A DNA stretch of 43,516 nucleotides from Candidatus Wolframiiraptor sinensis (GCA_023261815.1 JALNKA010000007.1:1-43516); one strand, 5' to 3'; counted from the first letter of the stretch, positions 1 through 9,743 are shown. The notes: a model not told the origin generated them from the sequence alone. Numbers and translations: made by a program.

Positions 1-94
1 GCCTGAATATGTTTGGGTCGAGCGCGATTGTCTTGGCAGTTCCATCCTCTGGGTTTGAAAGGATGAGCTTCGGCGCGGCGGCTTTCTCCGACAT
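1..94 (-). CDS. rps6e: 30S ribosomal protein S6e, 5' part (runs off window)
   Basis: Hand translation MSEKAAAPKLILSNPEDGTAKTIALDPNIFR resembles the S6e N-terminus (xKLVISDPxxGxAK); GGGAGG SD; S6e commonly follows aIF5B in archaea. Not in the ORF track. Confidence 0.75.
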   Translation of the reverse strand, partial: MSEKAAAPKLILSNPEDGTAKTIALDPNIFR

Positions 95-130
95 CCTCCC
101 GAGGGCTTTGAGGGGCGTCTTATTAACTCT

Positions 131-1915
131 TTATCTCGCCCAGAGGGGATCTTCTTTCCTCCTTATCTCGACTATCTCCTCTAGGGCCTTTCGCGAGTCC
201 TCGTCGAGCATGTCATAGTATTCCTTTAGGAGCAGCCTGGCGTCGTTTTCCGGGACCGCGACGTAGAGTGTTTCGCCTTCTCTGATGTGCCTGCCGACGA
301 TCGGCTCCCTCATGGAGATGGCGACTTTCATTCCCGCCCTCGCCTCCGGTATGCTTTGCCCCTTATCCTGTATTTGCGCTATGGTTCCAACGATTTTCCC
401 CTTATCGTTCATCATGGGGTATCTTGGCTTAACTATTCCCGCTTGAACCTCGATGCCGACTATCGCGGGATCACTCCTCCTGAAGACGTAGCCTTCAAGT
501 ATCTTTATCTTTCCCGGCTTTATTAAGCTCTCGAACGCTCTTAGCCTCCGCTTCCTCGTCTCATCCTCAACCCAGCTCATGTAGTTCTCGATGAGCCTGA
601 AGAGTATCCTCTCCTTGAATATCCTTATGCCCCTGCTATTCGCGTCGGCCTCGAGCTCGTGATCGACTCTGACGTTGAATGCGAGGATTACCCCCTTGAG
701 CTCATCCTTCATCCTCACGACCTCGGCCTCCACCACATCCCTTTTCGAGACATCTCCTATTCCAGCGCGCCTCACCGGTATACCCCTATTCCTCAGGGCG
801 AGAATCGCGGCCTCGAGTGTTCCCAGGGTATCGGCCTTTAATACGACGCCGATCTTGTCGGTGCTGAGAATTATCTCGCCCACCTCCGCCTTGATCTTCT
901 CCAGGATCTCCTTCTCCCGCTCTGGCGAGTCTATCACGTAGATCGGCGACCCAGCTATGGCCTCCTCCAGCCCCTCAGCGACTACCTTCACCCCAGCCGC
1001 GGCCTTAACCTCCTCGACTCGGTTAAATCTGTCTCTCGGATCCCTCATCTCGTCGAGCGGCTTTGGGACTAGAAGCACCCTGACCTTCGCCGTGAATGGA
1101 CCGTTTACGCCCATTAGGGCTATCGTGTCACCGACCCTCAGGACCCCATCGCTGATTATCGCGTTTATCGTTGTTCCGAGCCCCTCCTCCTCCAAGACCT
1201 CGAGAACCGCTCCCTCAGCCGGTCCATCGCCCACGGTCAGCTGCTCCCTCATGAATGCCTGCGCGAGGCCGAGGAGGACTAGGAGAAGGTCTGGGACTCC
1301 TTCCCCGGTCTTCCCGCTAACCGGAACTATCGCGAGCGTCCTCGTGAAGTCCGTGATCTTGTAGTATAGATTCGAGTTGAATCCATGAAGCGATAGCTGG
1401 CCCATGAGCGTGTATACCCTGTTCTGTAGCTCCTCCTTCGCATACTCCGACTGCGCCTGGAGGGCCTTAAGGAGCGGGGTTACCCCCTGAGGCTTCCAGC
1501 CCGGTATCATGTCTATCTTCGTGGCCGCGACGACGAAGGGCGTCCTCCTGGCCTTAAGGAGCTCTATGCTCTCCCGTGTCTGCTCCTGGACGCCCTCATT
1601 CACGTCTATGACGAGTATTGCGAGGTCCGCGAGCGATCCGCCTCTCCTCCTCAGGTTCGCAAATGCAGCGTGCCCCGGCGTATCTATGAAGAGCAGGCCC
1701 GGTATCTCGAGCTTCTTGACCTTGACCTCTCCCAGAAGCGCCTTGCACGTCTCGATTATCGCGTCAAGCGGAAACATGCTCGCGCCTATGTGCTGGGTTA
1801 TCCCGCCCGCCTCCCTCGCCGCGACCAGCGTCCCCCTCATCTTATCCAATAACGTGGTCTTGCCGTGATCGACATGGCCCAGTACGGCGACTATCGGCGC
1901 CCTCAGCCTCGCCAA
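131..1915 (-). CDS. infB: Translation initiation factor IF-2 (aIF5B)
   Basis: GHVDHGKTT, REAGGITQHIGA, DTPGH motifs; 594 aa; TTG start with GGAGG SD. Confidence 0.97.
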   Translation of the reverse strand: MARLRAPIVAVLGHVDHGKTTLLDKMRGTLVAAREAGGITQHIGASMFPLDAIIETCKALLGEVKVKKLEIPGLLFIDTPGHAAFANLRRRGGSLADLAILVIDVNEGVQEQTRESIELLKARRTPFVVAATKIDMIPGWKPQGVTPLLKALQAQSEYAKEELQNRVYTLMGQLSLHGFNSNLYYKITDFTRTLAIVPVSGKTGEGVPDLLLVLLGLAQAFMREQLTVGDGPAEGAVLEVLEEEGLGTTINAIISDGVLRVGDTIALMGVNGPFTAKVRVLLVPKPLDEMRDPRDRFNRVEEVKAAAGVKVVAEGLEEAIAGSPIYVIDSPEREKEILEKIKAEVGEIILSTDKIGVVLKADTLGTLEAAILALRNRGIPVRRAGIGDVSKRDVVEAEVVRMKDELKGVILAFNVRVDHELEADANSRGIRIFKERILFRLIENYMSWVEDETRKRRLRAFESLIKPGKIKILEGYVFRRSDPAIVGIEVQAGIVKPRYPMMNDKGKIVGTIAQIQDKGQSIPEARAGMKVAISMREPIVGRHIREGETLYVAVPENDARLLLKEYYDMLDEDSRKALEEIVEIRRKEDPLWAR

Positions 1916-2098
1916 AGCCCCTCCACCAGGCTCTAAACTATCAGCTCACCCTAAAAACTGTATTCCCAAGCCTTCTCTCCAGCTCTCGTAATGCCGCGAT
2001 ACCCCTTAAGAGCCAGGCTCATTAATACCTTCAGATATGCGCATGTAGAAGTGTCAGCATGATATGGTTCTCGCTGGTGAATTCCGGGAGCATTGATG

Positions 2099-3082
2099 CT
2101 ATCTCGCCGATTGTTTTTGCTCAACTTCTCGGGGCTTCCAGTAGGGTTCTCTGAGCTCGACCGCCCTTAGAAATAGCTTTCTCAGCTCCTCATCCGAGGC
2201 TCCCGATCTCATCGCTGATAAAAAATCAATTTCATTATCGCTTCTCATCAGGCATGGCTTGAACTTCCCATCATGCGTTATCCTGAGCCGTGTGTCGTTC
2301 ATGCAGAAGAGGCTGTTTCCCGCGGGCTTAACGAGCTCAACCCATACCCCGCTCGGCATAAGATACCTGCTCCTATAATGCAAGTCTCTCACGATCACCT
2401 TGACAGCTCTTCGTGCAATCTCTCCCTCGAGCTCGGAGAGGGGGAAATAGCGATCTCTCATGAGGTGGCTGGAGGCTAAGCCGCATCCCACGAGCTCTAT
2501 GAGCTGAATTACCACCTCGCCCCGTAACCTGAGACCCTCGGCGAAATCGAGCAGATTATCCAGCTCATCATCGTTCACGCCGCGAGCCACGACGACGTTA
2601 AGCTTGATGGGGTTGAGCCCGGCCTCATCCGCGGCCCTAATCGCCTCGATGACTCGGGCATGCCTCTCCTCCGCCTCAGCCAAGCTCAATCCAACTATCC
2701 TCGCATACCGCTCGGGCCTAGTCGAGTGCAAGCTAATATTGACTCGCTTCAGCCCAAGCCTCCTCAGGTCTTCGGCCACCTCCGCGAGCCTGAAGCCGTT
2801 AGTGGTCATGGAGAGATCTCTTAGGCCGAGCTGGCCGAGCCTCGATATTATCTCCAGTATGTCGGGCCTCATCATCGGCTCTCCGCCAGTGAGCTTCACC
2901 GAGTCCACGCCGAGCCCCATTGCGACCCTGACGATGCGCTTGATCTCCTCCGGGGACATCAATGCGTTAGATCGCGTGTTGAGGCCTTCGCCGTGGCAGA
3001 AGAAGCATCTCAGGTCGCAGGCTGGGGTGACCGAGATCCTGAGCCCTTTCACCGGCCTACCATAGCGGTCAGTCAGCTTCAA
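2099..3082 (-). CDS. moaA: GTP 3',8-cyclase (radical SAM, molybdopterin/tungstopterin synthesis)
   Basis: LTDRYGR, LRISVT, CxxxCxxC (CDLRCFFC), LTGGEP, RLRITHDGKFKPCL. Confidence 0.95.
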   Translation of the reverse strand: MKLTDRYGRPVKGLRISVTPACDLRCFFCHGEGLNTRSNALMSPEEIKRIVRVAMGLGVDSVKLTGGEPMMRPDILEIISRLGQLGLRDLSMTTNGFRLAEVAEDLRRLGLKRVNISLHSTRPERYARIVGLSLAEAEERHARVIEAIRAADEAGLNPIKLNVVVARGVNDDELDNLLDFAEGLRLRGEVVIQLIELVGCGLASSHLMRDRYFPLSELEGEIARRAVKVIVRDLHYRSRYLMPSGVWVELVKPAGNSLFCMNDTRLRITHDGKFKPCLMRSDNEIDFLSAMRSGASDEELRKLFLRAVELREPYWKPREVEQKQSAR

Positions 3083-3112
3083 TGGAGGCGCGTTTTAGAA
3101 TGATGTCGCGGG

Positions 3113-3156
3113 CTTTTAAGCCTAACCCCACGATGCATCGTGAATAACGCTTAATA
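3113..3156. promoter_or_regulatory. Divergent TATA boxes (moaA / ferredoxin-AOR) flanking a 14-bp palindrome
   Basis: TTAAAA on - strand 3119-3114; TTAATA on + strand 3151-3156, ~26 nt before ATG 3182; CACGATGCATCGTG at 3129-3142. Confidence 0.6.
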
Positions 3157-3181
3157 GGAAATCGGGATTGTTAAACCCATC

Positions 3182-3667
3182 ATGCCGAAAACGCTTGTGA
3201 TAAGCCCGAACAAGTGCACGGGATGCAGGATATGCGAGCTCGCATGCTCCTATAGGCATTTCAGGATGATCAATCCCGCGAGGTCGAGGATCAGGGTCGT
3301 GAGACTACCCCATGAGCCCGTGGACTCGCCGATATATTGTATCCAGTGCGGCCTCTGCATAAGCGCATGTCCTTTCGGCGCGCTTTCAAGGGATCTGAAG
3401 ACCGGCATCGTCAAAGTGAGCTTCGAGAAGTGCACGGGATGCGGCATGTGCGTTCACGTCTGCCCATATGGAGCCGCGTCAAGGGACCCTGAATCGCGCA
3501 AAGCCCTCATCTGCGATCTCTGCGATGGCGATCCCGAGTGCGCTAAAATCTGCCCGGAAGGCGTGCTCCTCTACCTCGACCCCGATGACGCCGCCGCATA
3601 CAAGCGGATAGCATTCTCGAGGCTCCAGCGCAAGGAGGTTACACCATTAAAGCCCGATGCGAGGTGA
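3182..3667 (+). CDS. 4x[4Fe-4S] polyferredoxin (HycB/CooF/AorA-like), AOR small subunit
   Basis: CTGCRICELAC, CIQCGLCISACP, CTGCGMCVHVCP, CDLCDGDPECAKICP; directly upstream of AOR. Confidence 0.9.
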   Translation: MPKTLVISPNKCTGCRICELACSYRHFRMINPARSRIRVVRLPHEPVDSPIYCIQCGLCISACPFGALSRDLKTGIVKVSFEKCTGCGMCVHVCPYGAASRDPESRKALICDLCDGDPECAKICPEGVLLYLDPDDAAAYKRIAFSRLQRKEVTPLKPDAR

Positions 3668-3670
3668 TGA

Positions 3671-5587
3671 ATGATGCTGGGCGGAAAGCTATGCGGTTAC
3701 GCCGGCAAGATACTCCGCGTCAACCTCTCCAAGAAGAAGGTGGCTGAGGAGGAGCTCAAGCTGGAGCTTCTCAGGCTATACTTGGGCGGGACGGGATACG
3801 CGGCGAGAATCCTCTGGGATGAGCTGGAGAGGGGCGTGGACCCCCTGAGCCCGGAGAATAAGCTGATAGCATGCACTGGGCCGCTCACCGGCACGCTGGC
3901 GCCATGCTCGGGAAGCATCGAGTTCGCCTTCAAGTCCCCGTTAACCGGGATCTTCGGACAAACGAGGGCGGGCGGAGGCTTCGGGCCAAGGCTGAAGTAT
4001 GCCGGCTACGATTTCATAGTTATCGAGGGCGCATCCGATAAGCCGGTCTACCTGAGCGTCATCGACGGCTCCGCGGAGATCCGGGATGCATCTCATCTCT
4101 GGGGAAAAACCGTTCATGAGGCGACCCACATGCTGATCGAGGAGATCGGCGACCCACAAGCATCCGTCGCATGCATCGGGCCGGGCGGCGAGAGGCTGAT
4201 CAGGTATGCGAGCATAATGGTGGATTATGATCGCGCTGCTGGCAGGTGCGGCGGAGGAGCCGTGATGGGCTCGAAAAAACTGAAGGCGATTGTAGTGAAT
4301 GGAGATCGCGGGATAGAGATCGCCAAGCCCGACGAGTTCTATGATGCCGCGAGGGAGGCGATTAGTGCCGTAGGCAGGCAGAGAATGGGTTTGGGCCAAT
4401 TCGGCACAGTAGGTGGCTTGAAGGGGTTGAACGAGTCCGGAGCCCTGCCGACGAAAAACTTCCAGACATGCTATTACGAGAAAGCCGAGAAGATGTCGGG
4501 CGAGGAACTTGCTAGGAAGTATTTGCTTAAGCGGAGAGCCTGCCTTGCCTGTCCGATTGGATGCGGAAGATATGTCTGGGTTCCAGCCGGACCATACATA
4601 ACACCACCTCACGAGGGCGCTGAGTATGAGACCGTGGACATGTTGGGCGTGCAATCTATGATGGGCTCTCTGGAGCCGCTCATCAGAGCAGATTATCTCT
4701 GCAACACATACGGTATTGACACAATCTCCGCCGGAAATGCGATTGCATTCGCTATAGAGGCTTATGAGAGGGGCCTGATAACTGATGAAGATACCGGCGG
4801 ACTTAAGCTGAGGTGGGGGGACGCTGACACCTGCCTAAATCTGCTCGAGATGATCATCGAGCGCAGGGGTATTGGAGACTTGCTCGCCGAGGGAGTTAAG
4901 CGCGCCGCGGAGAAGATTGGGAGGGGTGCTGAGGATTTCGCGTGCCATGGTAAAGGGTTGGAGGTGCCGGCCCATGATACCCGTGGAACATCGAAGTCCT
5001 TCGCGATCCAGTATGCGATCGGCAACCCGAGGGGCGCATGCCACATCGAGCCGCTGTGGGCGGGAATGTGGGACTTCTCCGGATCCGGCCTGGGGCTCAG
5101 GGAGCTTGGGCTGCCGTGGCCGCCGCCGAGCAGGTTCGAGGAGGTTGGCGTGAGGCGAGGCGAGGCCTGCAGGCTACTCTGGCTCTACGGGGAGCTTGCG
5201 AGCATACTCGGGATCTGCAGATTCAGCATGCAAGGAGGAGAGGATGAGATACTTACGCCGGCGAGGCTCTCGCGCCTCGTCTCCACCCTTACGGGATGGG
5301 AGCTGAGCCCCCGGGATCTACTCGTGATCTCCGATAGGGCATACACGCTGAAGCGCTGCTTCAATGTTCGAGAGGGTATTAGCAGGAAGGATGATAAGCT
5401 TCCGAAGAGGCTTATGGAGCCGCTCGCAACCGGGCCCACGAAGGGCCAGAAAGTTGAGAACTTGGACGCCATGCTCGATGAGGCATATGAGGCTCTTGGA
5501 TGGGACAAGATGACCGGGAAGCCCAAAAGGGATAAACTGAGAGAGCTCGGGCTCGACGACGTCGCCGAGGTAATCTGGGGAACCTAA
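3671..5587 (+). CDS. Aldehyde:ferredoxin oxidoreductase family (W-pterin) catalytic subunit
   Basis: GYAGKILRVNLS, KSPLTG, GRCGGGAVMGSKKLKAI, CxxCPIGC, EYET, KGLE, RGACH motifs. Confidence 0.93.
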   Translation: MMLGGKLCGYAGKILRVNLSKKKVAEEELKLELLRLYLGGTGYAARILWDELERGVDPLSPENKLIACTGPLTGTLAPCSGSIEFAFKSPLTGIFGQTRAGGGFGPRLKYAGYDFIVIEGASDKPVYLSVIDGSAEIRDASHLWGKTVHEATHMLIEEIGDPQASVACIGPGGERLIRYASIMVDYDRAAGRCGGGAVMGSKKLKAIVVNGDRGIEIAKPDEFYDAAREAISAVGRQRMGLGQFGTVGGLKGLNESGALPTKNFQTCYYEKAEKMSGEELARKYLLKRRACLACPIGCGRYVWVPAGPYITPPHEGAEYETVDMLGVQSMMGSLEPLIRADYLCNTYGIDTISAGNAIAFAIEAYERGLITDEDTGGLKLRWGDADTCLNLLEMIIERRGIGDLLAEGVKRAAEKIGRGAEDFACHGKGLEVPAHDTRGTSKSFAIQYAIGNPRGACHIEPLWAGMWDFSGSGLGLRELGLPWPPPSRFEEVGVRRGEACRLLWLYGELASILGICRFSMQGGEDEILTPARLSRLVSTLTGWELSPRDLLVISDRAYTLKRCFNVREGISRKDDKLPKRLMEPLATGPTKGQKVENLDAMLDEAYEALGWDKMTGKPKRDKLRELGLDDVAEVIWGT

Positions 5588-5624
5588 ACCCTCAAAGCCT
5601 CATTTATCCCAAGTATAGCCGGGG

Positions 5625-6632
5625 TTGACGACCTCCAGCCGAGATGAGAAGCTGGTTCTCGGAATAGAGTCCACGGCGCATACATTCGGCGTGGGCATAG
5701 CCTCGAGCGCAGGCAGGATACTCGCCAACGTGAACTACGTCTACGCGCCTAAGGCGGGTGGAATACATCCGAGAGAGGCGGCGCAGCATCATGGCCGAGT
5801 CGCGGCGAGAGCCTTGAAGGAGACTTTCGAGAAGGCTGGCGTAAGGCCCAAGGACATTGATGGCGTGGCGTTCTCGATGGGGCCTGGAATGGGGCCGTGC
5901 CTCAGGGTCGGCGCGACTGTCGCCCGAGCGATCGCGCTGAAGCTCGGTAAGCCCCTGATAGGCGTCAATCACAGCGTGGCCCACATAGAGATTGGAAGGC
6001 TTATGACCGGATGCAGGGACCCGGTGATACTCTATGTCGCCGGCGGCAATACCATGATCGCGGGATACATTGATGGTAGGTATAGGGTTTTCGGCGAGAC
6101 CCTGGATATAGCTGCTGGAAACTGCCTGGATGTCTTCGGGATAAAGGCCGGGATAGGGCCCATGCCAGCTCCGGAAGAGTATGCTAGAAGGGGTGAGAAG
6201 TTCCATCCGCTTCCCTATCGGGTTAAGGGCATGGATGTATCCTTCTCCGGCCTGCTGACGGCGGCCCTGAAGCTCATCGGCAGCATTAAGCTTGAAGACC
6301 TATGTCTCAGCATAACCGAGACCGTGTACAGCATGCTCACCGAGACTCTGGAGAGGGCTTTAGCCTACACGGAGAAGAAGGAGATACTGCTCGTGGGCGG
6401 GCTGGCGAGAAGCAGGAGGCTAAGGGAGATGATAGAGGAGATGGCGAGGCTTCATGGTGCGAGGGTCTATTGCGCGCCACCCGAATACGCGGGCGATAAT
6501 GGGGCGATGATCGCCTGGACAGGAGTTCTCCAGCTCATCGCGGGCCAGACGCTGAGCATAGAGGAGAGCAGGGTTAAGCCGAGGTTCAGGATGGATGAGG
6601 CCGAGGCCCGGTGGAGGGAGCTAGGGCTCTAG
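5625..6632 (+). CDS. kae1: KEOPS tRNA t6A threonylcarbamoyltransferase Kae1
   Basis: LGIESTAHT, GGIHPREAAQHH, VNHSVAHIE, GETLDIAAGN, GDNGAMIA. Confidence 0.96.
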   Translation: MTTSSRDEKLVLGIESTAHTFGVGIASSAGRILANVNYVYAPKAGGIHPREAAQHHGRVAARALKETFEKAGVRPKDIDGVAFSMGPGMGPCLRVGATVARAIALKLGKPLIGVNHSVAHIEIGRLMTGCRDPVILYVAGGNTMIAGYIDGRYRVFGETLDIAAGNCLDVFGIKAGIGPMPAPEEYARRGEKFHPLPYRVKGMDVSFSGLLTAALKLIGSIKLEDLCLSITETVYSMLTETLERALAYTEKKEILLVGGLARSRRLREMIEEMARLHGARVYCAPPEYAGDNGAMIAWTGVLQLIAGQTLSIEESRVKPRFRMDEAEARWRELGL

Positions 6633-6647
6633 GGGGATCATGCGGCC

Positions 6648-7313
6648 ATGATGCTCGGCGAGAAGATCGAGGTGATAAGGATCGGCGCCGAGGCCGTGGT
6701 CTCCCGTCTCGAGTGGAATGGCCTCAAGATGGTCTCAAAACACCGGGTGCCGAAGCCTTACAGGTTCCCGGAGCTCGATAAGTGGGTCAGAGATAGGAGG
6801 ACGCTACATGAAGCCAGGGTGATAATGAGCTTGAGAAGGCTTGGGATACCGTGCCCGGCGATCCTCATGCTGGATAGGAGCGAGGCAACCCTATACCTCC
6901 AGCTAATCGAGGGTGTTGAATTGAAGAGGATCCTTGACTCGCTGCCGGCCGAAGAGTTGGAGAGGCTGGCTTATGAGCTCGGCAGGATCATCGGGAGAAT
7001 GCACGCGGGCGGGGTGGCGCACGGAGACCTTACGACATCCAATATCATGCTCGACAAGTCCAGGAACATCTATCTCATCGACTTCGGCTTGAGCGCGATA
7101 ACTGATGACCCGGAGGAGCTCGCCGTGGACATACACCTCCTCGACAGGAGCCTCGAGAGCGTCCATCACAAGGTGAGAGCATCGTTCATGAGAAGTTTTC
7201 TCAGGGGCTATGCGGCGGCCGCGGGAATGAGCTTCCTCCAGAAATTGGTAGAAAAGGTTAAGGAGATCAGGAGCAGGGGGAGATACGTTGAGGAGCGGAG
7301 GAAGAGGCATTAG
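6648..7313 (+). CDS. bud32: KEOPS kinase/ATPase Bud32
   Basis: GAEA, KHRVPKPYR, HGDLTTSN, IDFGL, RGRY; follows kae1. Confidence 0.95.
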   Translation: MMLGEKIEVIRIGAEAVVSRLEWNGLKMVSKHRVPKPYRFPELDKWVRDRRTLHEARVIMSLRRLGIPCPAILMLDRSEATLYLQLIEGVELKRILDSLPAEELERLAYELGRIIGRMHAGGVAHGDLTTSNIMLDKSRNIYLIDFGLSAITDDPEELAVDIHLLDRSLESVHHKVRASFMRSFLRGYAAAAGMSFLQKLVEKVKEIRSRGRYVEERRKRH

Positions 7314-7893
7314 ATTCGTCGTCGTGACCAGTAATCCGGGGAAGGCTCGGGAGTTCGAGGACCTATTCTCGAGATATGGCTTGAGCTTCAGGGTAGAGCC
7401 GATAAAGACGCCGGAGATACAGGCGATGGATCTGAGGCTAATAGCGGAGGAGAGCGCCCTCTACGCCTACGACGTTCTCAGGGAACCCGTCATGGTCGAG
7501 GATGCCGGTCTCTTCATAGACGCGCTGGGCGGCTTCCCAGGACCCTTCAGCAGCTACGCCTACAAGACCATCGGGATAAGGGGTATCCTAAAGCTCATGG
7601 AGGGCGTCGAGGATAGGAGGGCGAGATTCACGTCCGTCATAGCGTTCTACACGCCCATGATAGGCTCTGTCAAGACATTCGCGGGAGAGGTCGAGGGATA
7701 TATCTCGTATGAGCCGCGAGGCTCCGGGGGATTCGGATTCGATCCAATATTCATTCCCGCTGAGGGGGATGGAAGGACTTTCGCGGAGCTGAGCATGGAG
7801 GAGAAGAACAGGTTCTCCCATAGGGCGAGGGCTGCCAGAAAATTCGCCGAATGGATCTCATCGATAGAAGCGATCTCGCCGGCATACGAGTAG
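7288..7893 (+). CDS. rdgB: Non-canonical purine NTP pyrophosphatase (RdgB/HAM1)
   Basis: TSNPGK, EDAGL, GFPGPFS, GFGFDPIF, KNRFSHR. Confidence 0.95.
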   Translation: MRSGGRGIRFVVVTSNPGKAREFEDLFSRYGLSFRVEPIKTPEIQAMDLRLIAEESALYAYDVLREPVMVEDAGLFIDALGGFPGPFSSYAYKTIGIRGILKLMEGVEDRRARFTSVIAFYTPMIGSVKTFAGEVEGYISYEPRGSGGFGFDPIFIPAEGDGRTFAELSMEEKNRFSHRARAARKFAEWISSIEAISPAYE

Positions 7894-7895
7894 CA

Positions 7896-9431
7896 TTAGA
7901 TGAGACCGATTTTCCTCGTGAGATATGATGCTGGCAGGCTTCTAATCCAGTTCAGGTCATTCATGTAGAATGTTCTTATGTCGTCTAGGTCATAGAGCGC
8001 GAGGGCGAGCCTTTCCAATCCTCCTCCCCAAGCGAGGACGCGATGCTTGACGCCCATGGGCCTCGTAACCTCCGGCCTGAAGACCCCCATCCCTATGAGC
8101 TCGAGCCAAGTCTTCTTATCCTCGAGATACGCTATCGCCTCCGCCGACGGCTCCGTGTAGGGGAAATAGCTCGGCCTAAACCTCACGTTCCTGAGCCCGA
8201 GCCTCGCATAGAACTCCTTGATAAGCCCCAGGAGATCCCTGAACGATACATTCTCACCCATGACTATGCCCTCTATCTGATGGAACTCGGCGAGGTGCTT
8301 CCAGTCAACTCTCTCATTCCTGTAGATCCTGTCTACGGAGAAGACCTTGACCGGCGGCTCACGGTGATCGGCGAGCCACCTGATCGTGGTTGCCGTCGTA
8401 TGCGTTCTCAGGAGAAGCTTTTTCGCCTCCTCTTCCCTCCATCTGTAGCCCCAGCCCGTTGAGCCCGTATCACCGCCATTCTCGTGAGCTCGCTTCACGG
8501 GCTCGACTAGATGGGCTGGAAGATCTCCGATCTCGGGCTCGGCTAGATAGAATGTGTCGTGCATCTCGCGCGCCGGGTGATCTTGGGGCTGGAAGAGCGC
8601 GTCGAAGTTCCAGAAAGCCAGCTCGACCAGCGGCCCCTTAATCTCCTCGAAGCCCATCTCGACGAAAACTTCTCTCACGATCCTTATCAGCTCCCTAAGC
8701 GGATGCCTCTTACCTGCGAAGACCGGCGGGGTCGGCGCCCTTATATCGAATCTGCTGAGCTTCACACGCCTCCACTCGCCGGAGCTAATCATGCCCGGGG
8801 TAAGCCTGGTAACCTCCCTCACCTCGAGGAAGGAGTTATCGAGCGCGAAGAGGGAGACCGTCGGCTTCAGGATGTGAGTTCTCCTGATCTTGATCTCGAG
8901 GACGCCGGGTCTCGAGGCGAGCCGCTGGCAAGCCTCCCTTAAGTTCTCGGGCATCTCCGAGATCTCCCTCTCGCCATTCCTCAGAATCCTTAGAACATGC
9001 TCCTCAGGAAGATCGCCAGGCTCCGAGACCAGCCTGGCATAAACATCTCCACCGATCTTCTCGACTTCTATCCAGTTCATCCTGCGAGCCCAGCTAACCC
9101 CGATTTTGAACTCCTTCTCTCCGAGATCTCTTTCGAGCGTTTTTAGGTCGAGCCTCCCGCCAGCTGCTTTGAGCCTTTCTATGAGCCTTCGCTCCGGAAG
9201 GCCGCGCTCAGCGTAGATCCTTCCTTCCTCGCCGAGCCCGTAAAGCTTTTTCTCGACCTCCTCGACCTCGACTAAGCCCTTGCTCGATAGCCAGAGAGCG
9301 GCTTTAGCGATTGAGCCTATATCCCTGCCAGTGAGCTCCGCCGCCTCCTCGAAGCTGAGCGGCCTGCCCGCCTGCTTTAAGACCTTGGCAACCTCCTTCT
9401 CAAGCCAATGAAGAACTGGCTCCGAAACAAT
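7896..9431 (-). CDS. pheS: Phenylalanine--tRNA ligase alpha subunit; start uncertain (frame open to 9449; ATT at 9431 used)
   Basis: FWNFDALFQPQDHPAREMHDTF, LLRTHTT, FPYTEPS, GGGLERL. The same frame continues upstream of the tracked ATG (9080) through a typical archaeal N-terminal wHTH region (LSSKGLVEVEE...YAERGLPERRL). Confidence 0.93.
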   Translation of the reverse strand: MVSEPVLHWLEKEVAKVLKQAGRPLSFEEAAELTGRDIGSIAKAALWLSSKGLVEVEEVEKKLYGLGEEGRIYAERGLPERRLIERLKAAGGRLDLKTLERDLGEKEFKIGVSWARRMNWIEVEKIGGDVYARLVSEPGDLPEEHVLRILRNGEREISEMPENLREACQRLASRPGVLEIKIRRTHILKPTVSLFALDNSFLEVREVTRLTPGMISSGEWRRVKLSRFDIRAPTPPVFAGKRHPLRELIRIVREVFVEMGFEEIKGPLVELAFWNFDALFQPQDHPAREMHDTFYLAEPEIGDLPAHLVEPVKRAHENGGDTGSTGWGYRWREEEAKKLLLRTHTTATTIRWLADHREPPVKVFSVDRIYRNERVDWKHLAEFHQIEGIVMGENVSFRDLLGLIKEFYARLGLRNVRFRPSYFPYTEPSAEAIAYLEDKKTWLELIGMGVFRPEVTRPMGVKHRVLAWGGGLERLALALYDLDDIRTFYMNDLNWIRSLPASYLTRKIGLI

Positions 9432-9586
9432 AACCCGGTCCCTCGCGATTCACCGCCGAGCCGGCGAAATTTAAGCCTCACGTAGAATCCCACCCACGAG
9501 CATGAAAATGCTCGAGCGTGAAGATCATCAAAGCATGCGCTCGGAGAAAAGATTAAGAGTGGATCGGGAGGAGAGGCTCTGTCGGA

Positions 9587-9661
9587 GGGCCCGTGGCCTA
9601 GCTTGGATAGGGCGTCGGCCTCCGGAGCCGAAGGTCGTGGGTTCAAGTCCCACCGGGCCCG
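9587..9661 (+). tRNA. tRNA-Arg(CCG)
   Basis: GGGCCCG/CGGGCCC acceptor stem, TCGGC-CTCCGGA-GCCGA anticodon arm, GTTCAAGT T-loop; no encoded CCA. Confidence 0.97.
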
Positions 9662-9743
9662 CATTTCATAATTTGTGAATGAGTTGCTGGAGGCTGCTAT
9701 GGTTTTATTCACCGCGCATCTTGCTTAAGCTTGGGAGCTGAGA

